64,000 nucleotides of DNA from positions 64,001 through 128,000 of the forward strand of contig CAVONQ010000018.1 in assembly GCA_963697335.1 (NCBI GenBank), read 5' to 3'. The notes below the pieces were generated by a model. It had not been told where the DNA came from, made no database searches, and saw only the letters and a list, made by a program, of their open reading frames with translations. This document shows, piece by piece, positions 43,945 to 53,010 of this stretch (the first letter of the stretch is position 1; every line of letters starts with the position of its first letter). The DNA comes from an uncultured cyanobacterium (GTDB taxonomy: Bacteria; Cyanobacteriota; Cyanobacteriia; PCC-6307; Cyanobiaceae). A program made the translations under genes and the position numbers.

Positions 43945-46152
43945 ATGGCTGCATCCCCACCCGGTTCGGTGCGCTCCCAGTGCCCCTACTGCGGCGTGGG
44001 CTGCGGCCTGGAGTTGCTGCCCCCTGCCGCCAAGAATCAGCCCACCCGGCGGGATGCTGACGGCCTGCCGCTGTGGGGCACCCGGGGGGACCGGCTCCAC
44101 CCCTCCAGCCTGGGGCAGGTGTGCATCAAGGGAGCCACGGTGTGCGACACCCTGCGCCACGGCCGCCTCAGCCAGCCGCTGGCTCGCGCCAGCCTGGACG
44201 AGCCCTTCCAGCCGATCAGCTGGGACGCGGCCCTCGATCGCATCGTGGCCCGGATCCGCAGCTCCCTGGCCAGCAAGGGGCCCGGAGCGATCGCCATGTA
44301 CGGCTCTGGTCAGTTTCATATCGAGGACTATTACGTCGCCCAGAAGTTGCTCAAGGGGGCGATCGGCACCAACAACTTCGATGCCAACTCACGCCTGTGC
44401 ATGAGTTCGGCCGTGGCGGGCTATGCCCGCAGCCTCGGCTCCGACGGCCCCCCCTGCTGCTACGAGGATCTCGACCACTGCGCCGTGGCCTTCCTGATCG
44501 GCACCAACACCGCGGAGTGCCATCCGGTGCTGTTTCAGCGGCTGCTGAAGCGCAAACGGCGCCAGCCCGGCAGTGTCACCATCGTGGTGGTGGATCCCAG
44601 GCAGACGGCCACCAGCGATGCGGCCGACCTGCACCTGGCCCTTCGCCCGGGCACGGATCTGGTGCTGATGCATGGCCTGGCCCATCTGATGGTGCAGGCG
44701 CTCACCATCGACGTGGACTTCATCGAGGAGGCCACCGAGGGCTTCGCCGCCTATGCCGAGCTGTTGCAGGCCTGGACCCCCGAGCGGGTCAGCCGGCTGT
44801 GCGGCATCAGTGAGGCGGCCCTGCGGCAGCTGGCCCAGCTCTGGGGCCAGGCCCCCAGCGTGCTCAGCCTCTGGTCGATGGGCCTCAACCAGAGCGTGGA
44901 GGGCACCGCCAAGGTGGCGGGCCTGATCAACCTGCACCTGCTCACCGGCCAGATCGGCAAGGTGGGAGCGGGGCCCTTCTCCCTCACTGGCCAGCCCAAT
45001 GCCATGGGCGGCCGCGAAGCCGGTGGGCTGGCCCACCTGTTGCCGGGTTATCGCACGGTGGTTGATCCCAGCCACCGGGCCACGGTGGAGGCGGCCTGGG
45101 GGTTCGGGGCCGGGGCGATCGATCCCGCCCCTGGTCTCGATGCCTGGCGCCAGGTGGAGGCGATGGAGTCCGGCGCCCTCGATCTCTGGTGGGTGGCGGC
45201 CACCAATCCCCTGGTGAGCATGCCCAACCTGGAGCGGGTCAAGGCCGCCGTGAGCCGCTGCCCCCTGGTGGTGCTCAGCGATGCCTATGCCGACACCGAG
45301 ACCGCCCAGTACGCCCACCTGGTGCTGCCGGCGGCCCAGTGGAGTGAAAAGCCCGGGGTCATGGTGAATTCGGAGCGGCGGGTCACCCTTTGCCCGGCCT
45401 TTCGGCCGCCCCCCGGGGAGGCCCGCCCCGATTGGCAGGTGTTCGCGGAGGTGGGCCGCAGGCTGGGCTTCGTCGAGCCCTTCAACTACGGCTCCGCCGC
45501 GGAGGTCTATGCCGAGCTGGCCGCCCTCACGGCCGGCCGTGCCTGCGACCACTCCGGCCTCAGCCACGGCCTGCTGGCCAGCGAGGGCCCCCAGCAATGG
45601 CCCTTCCCCAGCGGCTCAGCCCCTGGCCATGAGCCCAGGCGCCTCTACACCGACTACCGCTTCCCCACCGCCAGTGGTCGGGCCCGCTTCATCGCCGAGC
45701 AGCCCATGGGTCTGGCGGAGCCCCCCAGTGAGGCCTACCCCCTGGTGCTCACGGTGGGCCGCTACCTGGGCCAGTGGCACACCATGACGCGCACGGCCAA
45801 GGTGCCTCGCCTCAACGCCCTGCACCCCGAGCCCCTGCTGGAGATCCATCCTGAGGATGCCGGGCCCCTCGGCCTGGACGATGGCGCCATGGCTGAGATC
45901 CGCTCGCTGCGCGGCACGATCACGGCCAAGGCGGCGGTGACCGAGCGCATCCGACCGGGCACCGTGTTTCTGCCGATGCACTGGGGCTTCATGCAGGAGC
46001 AGGCCTGTGAGGCCAATGCCCTGCTGCACGAGCAGGCCTGCCCGATCTCCAGGCAGCCCGAGCTCAAGGCCGCCGCCGTCGCTGTAGCCCGGGTTCAGGC
46101 CGCGGCCCCGGCGGTGGGAAACAGTTCCCTCAGGGCTGCGGGCAGGTTGTGA
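43945..46152 (+). CDS. narB: Ferredoxin-dependent assimilatory nitrate reductase
   Basis: CPYCGVGC..C [4Fe-4S], NSRLCMSSA, GQPNAMGGRE, QWHTMTRT, QPELK. Confidence 0.97.
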   Translation: MAASPPGSVRSQCPYCGVGCGLELLPPAAKNQPTRRDADGLPLWGTRGDRLHPSSLGQVCIKGATVCDTLRHGRLSQPLARASLDEPFQPISWDAALDRIVARIRSSLASKGPGAIAMYGSGQFHIEDYYVAQKLLKGAIGTNNFDANSRLCMSSAVAGYARSLGSDGPPCCYEDLDHCAVAFLIGTNTAECHPVLFQRLLKRKRRQPGSVTIVVVDPRQTATSDAADLHLALRPGTDLVLMHGLAHLMVQALTIDVDFIEEATEGFAAYAELLQAWTPERVSRLCGISEAALRQLAQLWGQAPSVLSLWSMGLNQSVEGTAKVAGLINLHLLTGQIGKVGAGPFSLTGQPNAMGGREAGGLAHLLPGYRTVVDPSHRATVEAAWGFGAGAIDPAPGLDAWRQVEAMESGALDLWWVAATNPLVSMPNLERVKAAVSRCPLVVLSDAYADTETAQYAHLVLPAAQWSEKPGVMVNSERRVTLCPAFRPPPGEARPDWQVFAEVGRRLGFVEPFNYGSAAEVYAELAALTAGRACDHSGLSHGLLASEGPQQWPFPSGSAPGHEPRRLYTDYRFPTASGRARFIAEQPMGLAEPPSEAYPLVLTVGRYLGQWHTMTRTAKVPRLNALHPEPLLEIHPEDAGPLGLDDGAMAEIRSLRGTITAKAAVTERIRPGTVFLPMHWGFMQEQACEANALLHEQACPISRQPELKAAAVAVARVQAAAPAVGNSSLRAAGRL

Positions 46153-46583
46153 TGGTCGTGGCCAGGGCGGGCCAGCTTGCAGAGGGCAAACCGCTCCAGC
46201 TCCGAGAGAGCGTTCCACTGGTCAGGCCCCAGGGCGTAGCCCAGCTCTGCGGCTGAGCTGCTCACATCCCGGGGGGGGATACCGGGGTGTTGCCAGGGGG
46301 CGTCGTGGGGGATGGGCAGGGACGCGACCCCGCCGTCCGCCATGGCCGCCGTGCTGGCCTGCAGGTCGACGGCCATGGCCGCCAGGTCATCGGGACCGTC
46401 GGGCCAGAGCACCAGCTGATCCCGTTGGGCTGCCGTGAGCGCCAGCCAGTGGTTGAGCCTCAGTTTCACACCACAGAGATCGAGCTTGCGGCGCAGGCAG
46501 AGGGGAATGCAGCGCCAGTTGCCCACGAAGTCGCGCTCGAAGTCGAAGCAGTGGGAGGAAGGATGGGAGCCCTCAGGAAGCAT
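46095..46583 (-). CDS. narM: Nitrate reductase associated protein
   Basis: FDFERDF..RCIPLCLRRKLDLCGVKL, ERFALCKLARPGHDHHNLP. Confidence 0.9.
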   Translation of the reverse strand: MLPEGSHPSSHCFDFERDFVGNWRCIPLCLRRKLDLCGVKLRLNHWLALTAAQRDQLVLWPDGPDDLAAMAVDLQASTAAMADGGVASLPIPHDAPWQHPGIPPRDVSSSAAELGYALGPDQWNALSELERFALCKLARPGHDHHNLPAALRELFPTAGAAA

Positions 46584-47694
46584 CGTGTCTCCACTGGATC
46601 AGGGACCGCAGCTGGGTGAGTAGCGCGCCGCTCTCAACCAGCTGCGTGGCACGGACCACGCCCGCAGCCAGATCATGGCAAACACCGCCATACCAGAGGT
46701 AGGCCCCGGTATTCCAGATCAGGGCTCTGGCCAGGGGCCCCTGGCCGCCGAGGGCGGCGAGGGCCTGCTCGCGCCAGCCCTCCAGATCCTGCCAAAGGGC
46801 ATCGGTGTCGTAACAGCCATGGTCGCGGGGGTGAAGAATCAGACGCTCCCCCTCACCCCCCTCGGCCCGGGCCGTGATGCAGGCGCGGCTGATCGGCAGG
46901 TCGGTGCTGCCTTCGAGCCCCTTCACCGTGATGGTGACAGCCTCCCCGGCCAGCTCCAGGGCCTTCCAGGCCCGGCTTTCGGTGGGGGGATGCACGAAGC
47001 CGCTCACCAGCAGGTGGGGGCCCTGATGGGCGGTCCAGAGCAGTTCGAGGCTGGCTACCGGGGGGCGCTTGCCGAGGTCGTCGCGGATCGGCGTGAGGCT
47101 CTCCGCCAACGGGAAGTGATCCGGCTGGTGCACCAGGGCCAGGCGGTGCTGCGTCAGCCCCGCCTGCAGCGTGGCCAGGTCCAGCCCGTGCAGCTCCAGC
47201 CCCAGGGCGGCGAACAGCTCCATGGCCGTCACCCCGTATTTCACCGGCATGCGGGCCCCGCCCTGCAGCACCACGGGCAGCCCGGCCGCACTCAGGGCCA
47301 GGGCTGTGAGCGGGTAGATCGGGGCCGTGCGGGTGCGGCCGTCAAAGGGCATGCCGAAGCAGAGGGCGGGCACGGCACTGGTCAGACGTGGCCCCAGGCG
47401 TCGGTAGACATCCAGCATCCCGGCCAGTTCCTGGGGCTCGGGCCGCCGGATCCGATGGGCGATCAGGAAGGCGCCGATCTGGGCCGGCGTGGCCTCCCCC
47501 AGCAGCATCAGTTCCAGCGCATGGCCGGCCTCCTCCCGGCTGAGGCCGCGGCTGGTGTGCTCGCCACTGCCCACCTTCTGCAGGTAGTGCTTGAAGCGCT
47601 CGCGGCCAGACAGAAGCTCCGCAGCAGCAGCCGCTTGGCCGTTGAGTCCGGTCTCAGGGGTGGCGTTGGGGAGGGTGCCGGAGGGGAGCGCCAT
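46573..47694 (-). CDS. Anthranilate phosphoribosyltransferase-like protein (glycosyltransferase family 3; CnaT/YbiB-like)
   Basis: KVGSGEHTS, TPAQIGAFLIAHRIRR, GFVHPPTE, VKGLEGS; nitrate-cluster context; alternative start 47754. Confidence 0.85.
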   Translation of the reverse strand: MALPSGTLPNATPETGLNGQAAAAAELLSGRERFKHYLQKVGSGEHTSRGLSREEAGHALELMLLGEATPAQIGAFLIAHRIRRPEPQELAGMLDVYRRLGPRLTSAVPALCFGMPFDGRTRTAPIYPLTALALSAAGLPVVLQGGARMPVKYGVTAMELFAALGLELHGLDLATLQAGLTQHRLALVHQPDHFPLAESLTPIRDDLGKRPPVASLELLWTAHQGPHLLVSGFVHPPTESRAWKALELAGEAVTITVKGLEGSTDLPISRACITARAEGGEGERLILHPRDHGCYDTDALWQDLEGWREQALAALGGQGPLARALIWNTGAYLWYGGVCHDLAAGVVRATQLVESGALLTQLRSLIQWRHDAS

Positions 47695-47813
47695 CAAGGA
47701 CCTGGGGGAGGTGGCAGCGAGCGCCGCACTGGCAACAGGGTCGATGAACCCCATGCTGTCACCAGCGGTCGTCCAACGTGTGCCCACCGAACAGAGGCCA
47801 GGACGGAAAAGAA

Positions 47814-47827
47814 GTATCAACCGACAC
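47814..47827. promoter_or_regulatory. NtcA-like site
   Basis: GTA-TCAACCGA-CAC in a divergent intergenic region. Confidence 0.5.
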
Positions 47828-47894
47828 GGAAGAGATCCTGAAGATTGCCGCCGGGGCCGGGCGGCTTCGGTTCGGTACCAACCGCTGCATCCCG

Positions 47895-47996
47895 ATGGCC
47901 CCGTGGCTGGAGACAGTCGCTGATCACTTCTCGGAGCGCGGATGCGATTTGCTGCCTGCTGCGGGCTTCTGCTCGGATGCCTGCATGGTCTGGTGA
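47895..47996 (+). CDS. Candidate 33-aa Cys-rich small protein
   Basis: MAPWLETVADHFSERGCDLLPAAGFCSDACMVW; ATG start, mostly G/C-ending codons. Confidence 0.4.
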   Translation: MAPWLETVADHFSERGCDLLPAAGFCSDACMVW

Positions 47997-48141
47997 GCCT
48001 TGAGCTGCGGCCCAGCAGCGCCTTCAAGGTGCCCGGATCAGCTCTGTTGGGGTCCTGGAGCCCTGCTCCCCCAGCTGGCGCCGGCTTCTGAATCCCCTCA
48101 TCCGGCTTCGATACTGGAGTCTGTTCTTCGGCAGCTCCGCC

Positions 48142-48348
48142 ATGGCCACCCCGCTGCAGACCACCCGTAGCGCCAGCTCCCCCCTCGGCGTCGCCCTCGC
48201 CTTCGTCGGCATGTTTGTGGTGGGGTCCCTGGGGGTTCAGTTGCTGGCTGAACTGCCTCACGACGCGGCGCCTGCCTCCTCCGCCGGGCGAGCCGCCTCG
48301 GTGGTGGCCCATCCCGCCACCCTCTGGAGTGCCCTGGGCGAGCGCTGA
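48142..48348 (+). CDS. Small membrane protein upstream of nirA (68 aa)
   Basis: One TM helix (LGVALAFVGMFVVGSLGV), C-terminal ATLWSALGER. Confidence 0.6.
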   Translation: MATPLQTTRSASSPLGVALAFVGMFVVGSLGVQLLAELPHDAAPASSAGRAASVVAHPATLWSALGER

Positions 48349-48376
48349 GGCCAGCCAGGTCAGGGATAACAGATCC

Positions 48377-48418
48377 GTAACGACCACGACACCCGGTCCT
48401 GGCCCGCGCCTGCAGGAT
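48377..48418 (+). promoter_or_regulatory. Putative NtcA-activated nirA promoter
   Basis: GTA-ACGACCAC-GAC, 22-bp spacer, then -10-like CAGGAT at 48413-48418. Confidence 0.6.
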
Positions 48419-48629
48419 CAGTTCAGGTCTGTGATTGCAGATCCCAGCTCATCTCGAAGGGGAGCCGCAGCGCCATGGCGTCGCCCTCCCATTCCGGACA
48501 ACGCATCCCTCATTGGCGTTCACCGGCCGCATCCCCTCCCGATCCCTGGGGCTGCGCTTGGTGGTGCCATGGGGTCCCGTTCACGGCCGCGTTGTCTGGG
48601 CGTGCACTGGCGCGCCGTATCCATCTTCC

Positions 48630-50195
48630 ATGAGCTCTTCCAGCACCCCCGCTGCGCCCGCCCCCAGCTCCGGCCTCACCAAGGTGGAGCAGGCCAAGGC
48701 CGATCTCTGCGGCCTCGATCTGCAACCCCAGCTGGCCGAGCTGGCCGCCGCCGGTTGGGACAGCCTCGACGAGGCCACCCTCACCATCCGGCTCAAGTGG
48801 ATGGGCATCTTCTTCCGGCCCGTCACCCCGGGTCGTTTCATGCTGCGGCTGCGGCTCCCGAACGGCGTGATCAGCGCTGAGCAGCTGGAGCTGCTCTCCG
48901 AAGCGGTGGATCGCTGTGGAGAGCACGGCAGCGCCGACATCACCACCCGCCAGAACCTGCAGTTGCGGGGCCTGTTGTTCGAGGACATGGCGCCGCTGCT
49001 CCAGGCCATGGAGCGGGTGGGCCTGACCAGTCGCCAGTCGGGACACGACAACCCGCGCAACATCACCGGCAACCCCCTGGCAGGAATCGATCCCGAGGAG
49101 ATCGTCGACACCCGCCCCCTCGTGCAGGCGATCCAGGCGCGGCTGTTCCAGCCCGATGGCCCCCGCAACCTGCCGCGCAAGTTCAACGTGGCCGTGGGCG
49201 GTGCCCCCGACAGCTTCCTGCTCCACAACGACCTCGCCTTCCTGCCCGCTTATCACGGCAGCGACCTCGGTTTCACCGTGATGGTGGGTGGCTTCTTCTC
49301 CGCCCAGCGCAACGAACTGGCCATCCCGCTCGGTCTCTGGCTACGGGCCGATCAGCTGCCCGATTTTGCCCTGGCCGTGCTGCTGCACTTCGAGCAGAAC
49401 GGCAACCGCAAGCTGCGCAACAAGAGCCGGCTGATGTATCTGATCGATGAGCTGGGGCTGGAGCCCTACCGAGAGGCGGTCACGGCGGCCTACGGCGCCC
49501 TGGCCGGCGCCGAGGCGATGGCCTCCCTGCAGCGCCACGACGGCAGTCACCTGGTGACGCGGGCCCCCCGCGATGGCCTCGGCTGGCATCCCCAGGCCCA
49601 GGAGGGGCTCGGCTGGATGGGCCTGCACGTGCCCATGGGCCGCCTCGATGCCGAGGCGATGCTGGCCCTGGCCGGTTTGGCCCGGCAGTACGGCAGCGGT
49701 GAACTGCGGCTCACCGAGGCCCAGAACGCCCTGATCGTGAACGTGCCGGAAGCGAGCCAGGAGGCCTTGCTGGCCGAGCCCCTGCTGCAACGCTTCCGCC
49801 CCGATCCAGGCCCCCTGCAGGCCGAGGCCGTGAGCTGCACCGGCAACGCCTACTGCAGCTTTGCCCTCATTCCCACCAAGAGCACGGCCCAGGAGCTGGT
49901 GGAGGAGCTGGAGCGGCGGGTGGAGCTGCCCCATGGGGTGCGCACCCACTGGACCGGTTGCCCCAACGCCTGCGGCCAGCCCTACATGGGCCAGATCGGC
50001 CTGATGGGCGCCAAGACGCGCAAGGACGGCGAGATGGTGGAGGCGGTGAAGATCTTCCTCGGAGGCTCCATGGACGCCGAGCCCAGGCTTGCTGAGCTGC
50101 ACGATAAGGGCGTGCCCCTCAGCGACCTACCGGACGTGATGGAGCAGCTGCTGGTTGACCGCTTCGGAGCGCGCCGGAAGGCCTCGGCTGCCTGA
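48630..50195 (+). CDS. nirA: Ferredoxin-nitrite reductase
   Basis: RLKWMG, FMLRLR.PNG, TTRQNLQ, LPRKFN, SCTGNAYC, TGCPNACGQ. Confidence 0.97.
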   Translation: MSSSSTPAAPAPSSGLTKVEQAKADLCGLDLQPQLAELAAAGWDSLDEATLTIRLKWMGIFFRPVTPGRFMLRLRLPNGVISAEQLELLSEAVDRCGEHGSADITTRQNLQLRGLLFEDMAPLLQAMERVGLTSRQSGHDNPRNITGNPLAGIDPEEIVDTRPLVQAIQARLFQPDGPRNLPRKFNVAVGGAPDSFLLHNDLAFLPAYHGSDLGFTVMVGGFFSAQRNELAIPLGLWLRADQLPDFALAVLLHFEQNGNRKLRNKSRLMYLIDELGLEPYREAVTAAYGALAGAEAMASLQRHDGSHLVTRAPRDGLGWHPQAQEGLGWMGLHVPMGRLDAEAMLALAGLARQYGSGELRLTEAQNALIVNVPEASQEALLAEPLLQRFRPDPGPLQAEAVSCTGNAYCSFALIPTKSTAQELVEELERRVELPHGVRTHWTGCPNACGQPYMGQIGLMGAKTRKDGEMVEAVKIFLGGSMDAEPRLAELHDKGVPLSDLPDVMEQLLVDRFGARRKASAA

Positions 50196-50582
50196 GGGGC
50201 GCTGCTTGAACACCCTGTTGCGCAGCCAGGAGCCCACCGATCCAGTGCCGGATTGGCTGGCCTGGCGGCGACACCAGCGTTGATCCAGTTGCACCAGGGC
50301 CTGCCGATCTCCGCTCTCCTCGCCCGCGTACAGCAGGTGGATGAGCCGCTCGGGATCGAGTTCAAGCAGCGCCGCCTCCTGCCAGAGACGCTGGCTGCGC
50401 ATCTGGTCTCCCTGGCGGAACTGGGCCTGGGCCAGCTGCTCCGCCAGGCTCACCAGGAGCTGCTGTTCCTTCACGGCAGCGAGCCTGGCGCCGTCAATCC
50501 GCCCAGGGGGTCCCTGGAGGTTGCCCGGATCGCGGGTCCGGTTGCCCTGGGAGACGCATCCAGCCTTCGTTCTCTGGCCCAT
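50127..50582 (-). CDS. Hypothetical protein convergent with nirA
   Basis: Helical core (RSQRLWQEAA..DPERLIHLLY); ATG 50582 with GGAAG/AGGA upstream; overlaps the nirA 3' end. Confidence 0.5.
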   Translation of the reverse strand: MGQRTKAGCVSQGNRTRDPGNLQGPPGRIDGARLAAVKEQQLLVSLAEQLAQAQFRQGDQMRSQRLWQEAALLELDPERLIHLLYAGEESGDRQALVQLDQRWCRRQASQSGTGSVGSWLRNRVFKQRPSGSRGLPARSEAVNQQLLHHVR

Positions 50583-50653
50583 GGTCTTTTGCTCTTCTTC
50601 CTGGTTCCTTGATAGAGCCGATGCCTGAAGCCAGCCCTTTATCCACATCAAAC

Positions 50654-50667
50654 GTATCGGTGGCTAC
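50654..50667. promoter_or_regulatory. Canonical NtcA box
   Basis: GTA-TCGGTGGC-TAC. Confidence 0.75.
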
Positions 50668-50731
50668 AGAACAGCCCTCCCGCGCCCTGGGGCCGGTGCC
50701 ATCGTTAAGGGCAGGTCGGCAGGAGAGCGTT

Positions 50732-52117
50732 GTGGCAGGCCCCCCCGGCTCCCCTCTCCTGCCTGAGCACCTGCCGGCGACCACAGACCCCGAGCGCTGG
50801 GCCTGGCTACAGCGGCTGCGGCGCACTGCCGAGCTGCCGCTGGAGCCCTGGCTGCTGGCGATCGAAACCGGACAGCTCCGGCCCGACGCCGATCTGATCG
50901 CCGCCCTGGCCAGTCGCTTTGACGCCGAGACGGCCCAGCGGCTACTGGGGTGGTGGCTCGACAACCCTGGCGCTGACCCTGAGCTGCTGCAGGTGATCGG
51001 CCAGCACCGGCACCCACCGTTGGCGCTCCAGTTGCGCCGGGCTCTGGCTGGGTCCAGGGCGGCGGAGCGGGCCCGATGGCTGTTGCCCCTGGTGGGACAC
51101 CAGCGCGACCCGGCCGACTTCGCCCTGCTGGCCGGCTGGCTGGGCTCCCCCCAGCCCGGTCCCTGCCGCCGCGCTGCCCTCGAGGGGCTGGCGGTGGGCC
51201 TGCCGATCTGGCCGCGGCAGCCCCTGCGCCGCCTGTTGCGGGCCCTGCTCACGGACCTGGATTCCGCCCTGGCGGCCACCGCCCTGGATCTGCTGGCGCG
51301 GCTGCCCCAGCCCCGCCTCGCCCTGGCGGGCATCGAGCCCGAACGGTTGGACCCAGCCGTGCAGCGGCGGCGGCAGCGGCGCCTCGCGGCCCTGCCGGCC
51401 CACCCGCTCGTGCTGGTGGTGCACGGCCGCACGGGCGGTGTGATCCCGGCGGAGCTGGAGGAGCTGCGGGCCCATGTGGAGCGCCTGCGCCGGACCCCTG
51501 TGGTGCTGCAGAGCCTCACCGGCACGGCAGGGCCGGATGCAGGCTCGCTGCGGCAGGCGGCGGCCGGGGGGCCGATCACTCTGATGCCCCTCCTGCTCTT
51601 GCCGGGGGGCCATGTGCGGGGGGATGTGCCGGCGCTTTGCGCCGCCTGGCGGGCCAGCGGCCCGGTGCTGCGGCTGCCCTTTCTGGGCGCGTGGCCCATT
51701 TGGCAGCGGGCCCTGCGCCTGGAACTGCTGGCCCTGGCCAGGTCCTCGGCGGCGGCAGAGGGCACGGTTGCCACTCCCCTGCTGCTCCACCATCCTCTGC
51801 AGGGTGGCCCGGCGGAGCGCTATCTGGCCCACCTTGAGCGCTGCTGCCATGCCCGCTGCCACGCCACTCCATACACTGCCACGGTTGCTGAAGAGTTGGT
51901 GCAGGTGTTGGCTGCCCCGAGCTGCCCACCTCCCGAGGGGGCGTTGCCGATGGGTCGGGCCCAGAGTGCGGAATCCGCCTCCAGGCCTGCGGTGCTGCCG
52001 CTGGTGCTGGCGGCCAACCGCCTGACCGACGCCCTGCCGTCCTGGTGCGGCCCCCCCCTGCTGCAACGCCCCCGCCTGCGCGACGGCCTGGTGGATCTGC
52101 TGGTTGCCCTGCCATGA
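50732..52117 (+). CDS. HEAT-repeat (NirB/PBS-lyase-like) plus CbiX/SirB chelatase-like fusion
   Basis: AGGAG RBS then GTG 50732; Leu/Ala HEAT-like helices, then LVLVVHGR and PLLLLPGGHVRGDVP; ATGA-coupled to cobA. Confidence 0.75.
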   Translation: MAGPPGSPLLPEHLPATTDPERWAWLQRLRRTAELPLEPWLLAIETGQLRPDADLIAALASRFDAETAQRLLGWWLDNPGADPELLQVIGQHRHPPLALQLRRALAGSRAAERARWLLPLVGHQRDPADFALLAGWLGSPQPGPCRRAALEGLAVGLPIWPRQPLRRLLRALLTDLDSALAATALDLLARLPQPRLALAGIEPERLDPAVQRRRQRRLAALPAHPLVLVVHGRTGGVIPAELEELRAHVERLRRTPVVLQSLTGTAGPDAGSLRQAAAGGPITLMPLLLLPGGHVRGDVPALCAAWRASGPVLRLPFLGAWPIWQRALRLELLALARSSAAAEGTVATPLLLHHPLQGGPAERYLAHLERCCHARCHATPYTATVAEELVQVLAAPSCPPPEGALPMGRAQSAESASRPAVLPLVLAANRLTDALPSWCGPPLLQRPRLRDGLVDLLVALP

Positions 52118-52902
52118 CCGCTGTTCCGCCCCTCGGCACGGTGTATCTGGTGGGGGCTGGGCCGGGGGATCCGGAGCTGCTCACCCTCAAGGCCCACCGG
52201 CTGCTGCGCCAGTGCGGTGCCCTGGTGTACGACTCCCTGGTGCCGAAGGCCCTGCTGGACCTGGTGCCTGTGGACTGCGAGCGACATTTCGTCGGCAAGC
52301 GCCGCGGTCACCATTCCGTGCCTCAGCCGAGCACCAACGCCGTGCTGGTGGAGCTGGCCGCCCGCCACCAGCTGATCGTGCGGCTCAAAGGCGGCGATCC
52401 CTTCCTGTTCGGTCGCGGCGGCGAAGAGGCCGCCCACCTGGTGAGCCACGGCATCCCCGTGCAGGTGGTGCCCGGCGTCACCTCCGGCATTGCGGCCCCG
52501 GCCTATGCCGGCATTCCGGTGACGCACCGCAGCGCTGGCTCCAGCGTCACCTTCGTGACCGGGCACGAGGAGATCGACAAGGCGCGGCCGGGGGTGGACT
52601 GGCAGGGGCTCGCGCGCAGCAGCGATGGCCTGGTGATCTACATGGGCCTCCACAACCTGCCCCGGATCTGCCAGGAGCTGATGGCGGGCGGGCTGGATGC
52701 GGCGACCCCGGCCGCCGTGATTCAGCAGGGCACGGTGCGTGGCCAGCGCAGCCTGGTGGCCGCCCTGGGTTGCCTGGCGGATCGGGTCGCGGCCGAAGGC
52801 TTCAGCTCCCCCTCCATCGTGGTGGTGGGAGCGATGGTGGCCGAGCGGGTGGAGGCCTGCGCTCCACTGCCGGCGGACGCCGAGATGCCGATTCCCTTCT
52901 GA
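52114..52902 (+). CDS. cobA: Uroporphyrinogen-III C-methyltransferase
   Basis: VYLVGAGPGDPELLTLKA, RLKGGDPFLFGRGGEE, VPGVTS, IYMG. Confidence 0.96.
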   Translation: MTAVPPLGTVYLVGAGPGDPELLTLKAHRLLRQCGALVYDSLVPKALLDLVPVDCERHFVGKRRGHHSVPQPSTNAVLVELAARHQLIVRLKGGDPFLFGRGGEEAAHLVSHGIPVQVVPGVTSGIAAPAYAGIPVTHRSAGSSVTFVTGHEEIDKARPGVDWQGLARSSDGLVIYMGLHNLPRICQELMAGGLDAATPAAVIQQGTVRGQRSLVAALGCLADRVAAEGFSSPSIVVVGAMVAERVEACAPLPADAEMPIPF

Positions 52903-52947
52903 TCAGTCCAGTTGGAGCAGGCCGCGGGCCCGCTGGCCCGGACTTTT

Positions 52948-52961
52948 GTAGTGGCTGACAC
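52948..52961 (+). promoter_or_regulatory. NtcA-like site
   Basis: ttttGTA-GTGGCTGA-CAC, 50 nt upstream of the small ORF at 53011. Confidence 0.55.
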
Positions 52962-53010
52962 GGGGCGGCCCGCCCGCCTCTGGTGCAGTGGAGGCTGTGC
53001 GCTCCATGTC

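Noticed and set aside
48500..48600. CGTTCA and GCCATGG words reminiscent of the glutamine (Downstream-peptide) riboswitch
   Set aside because: Element order and the GGAACG/pseudoknot pairing do not match; kept only as a generic structured leader.
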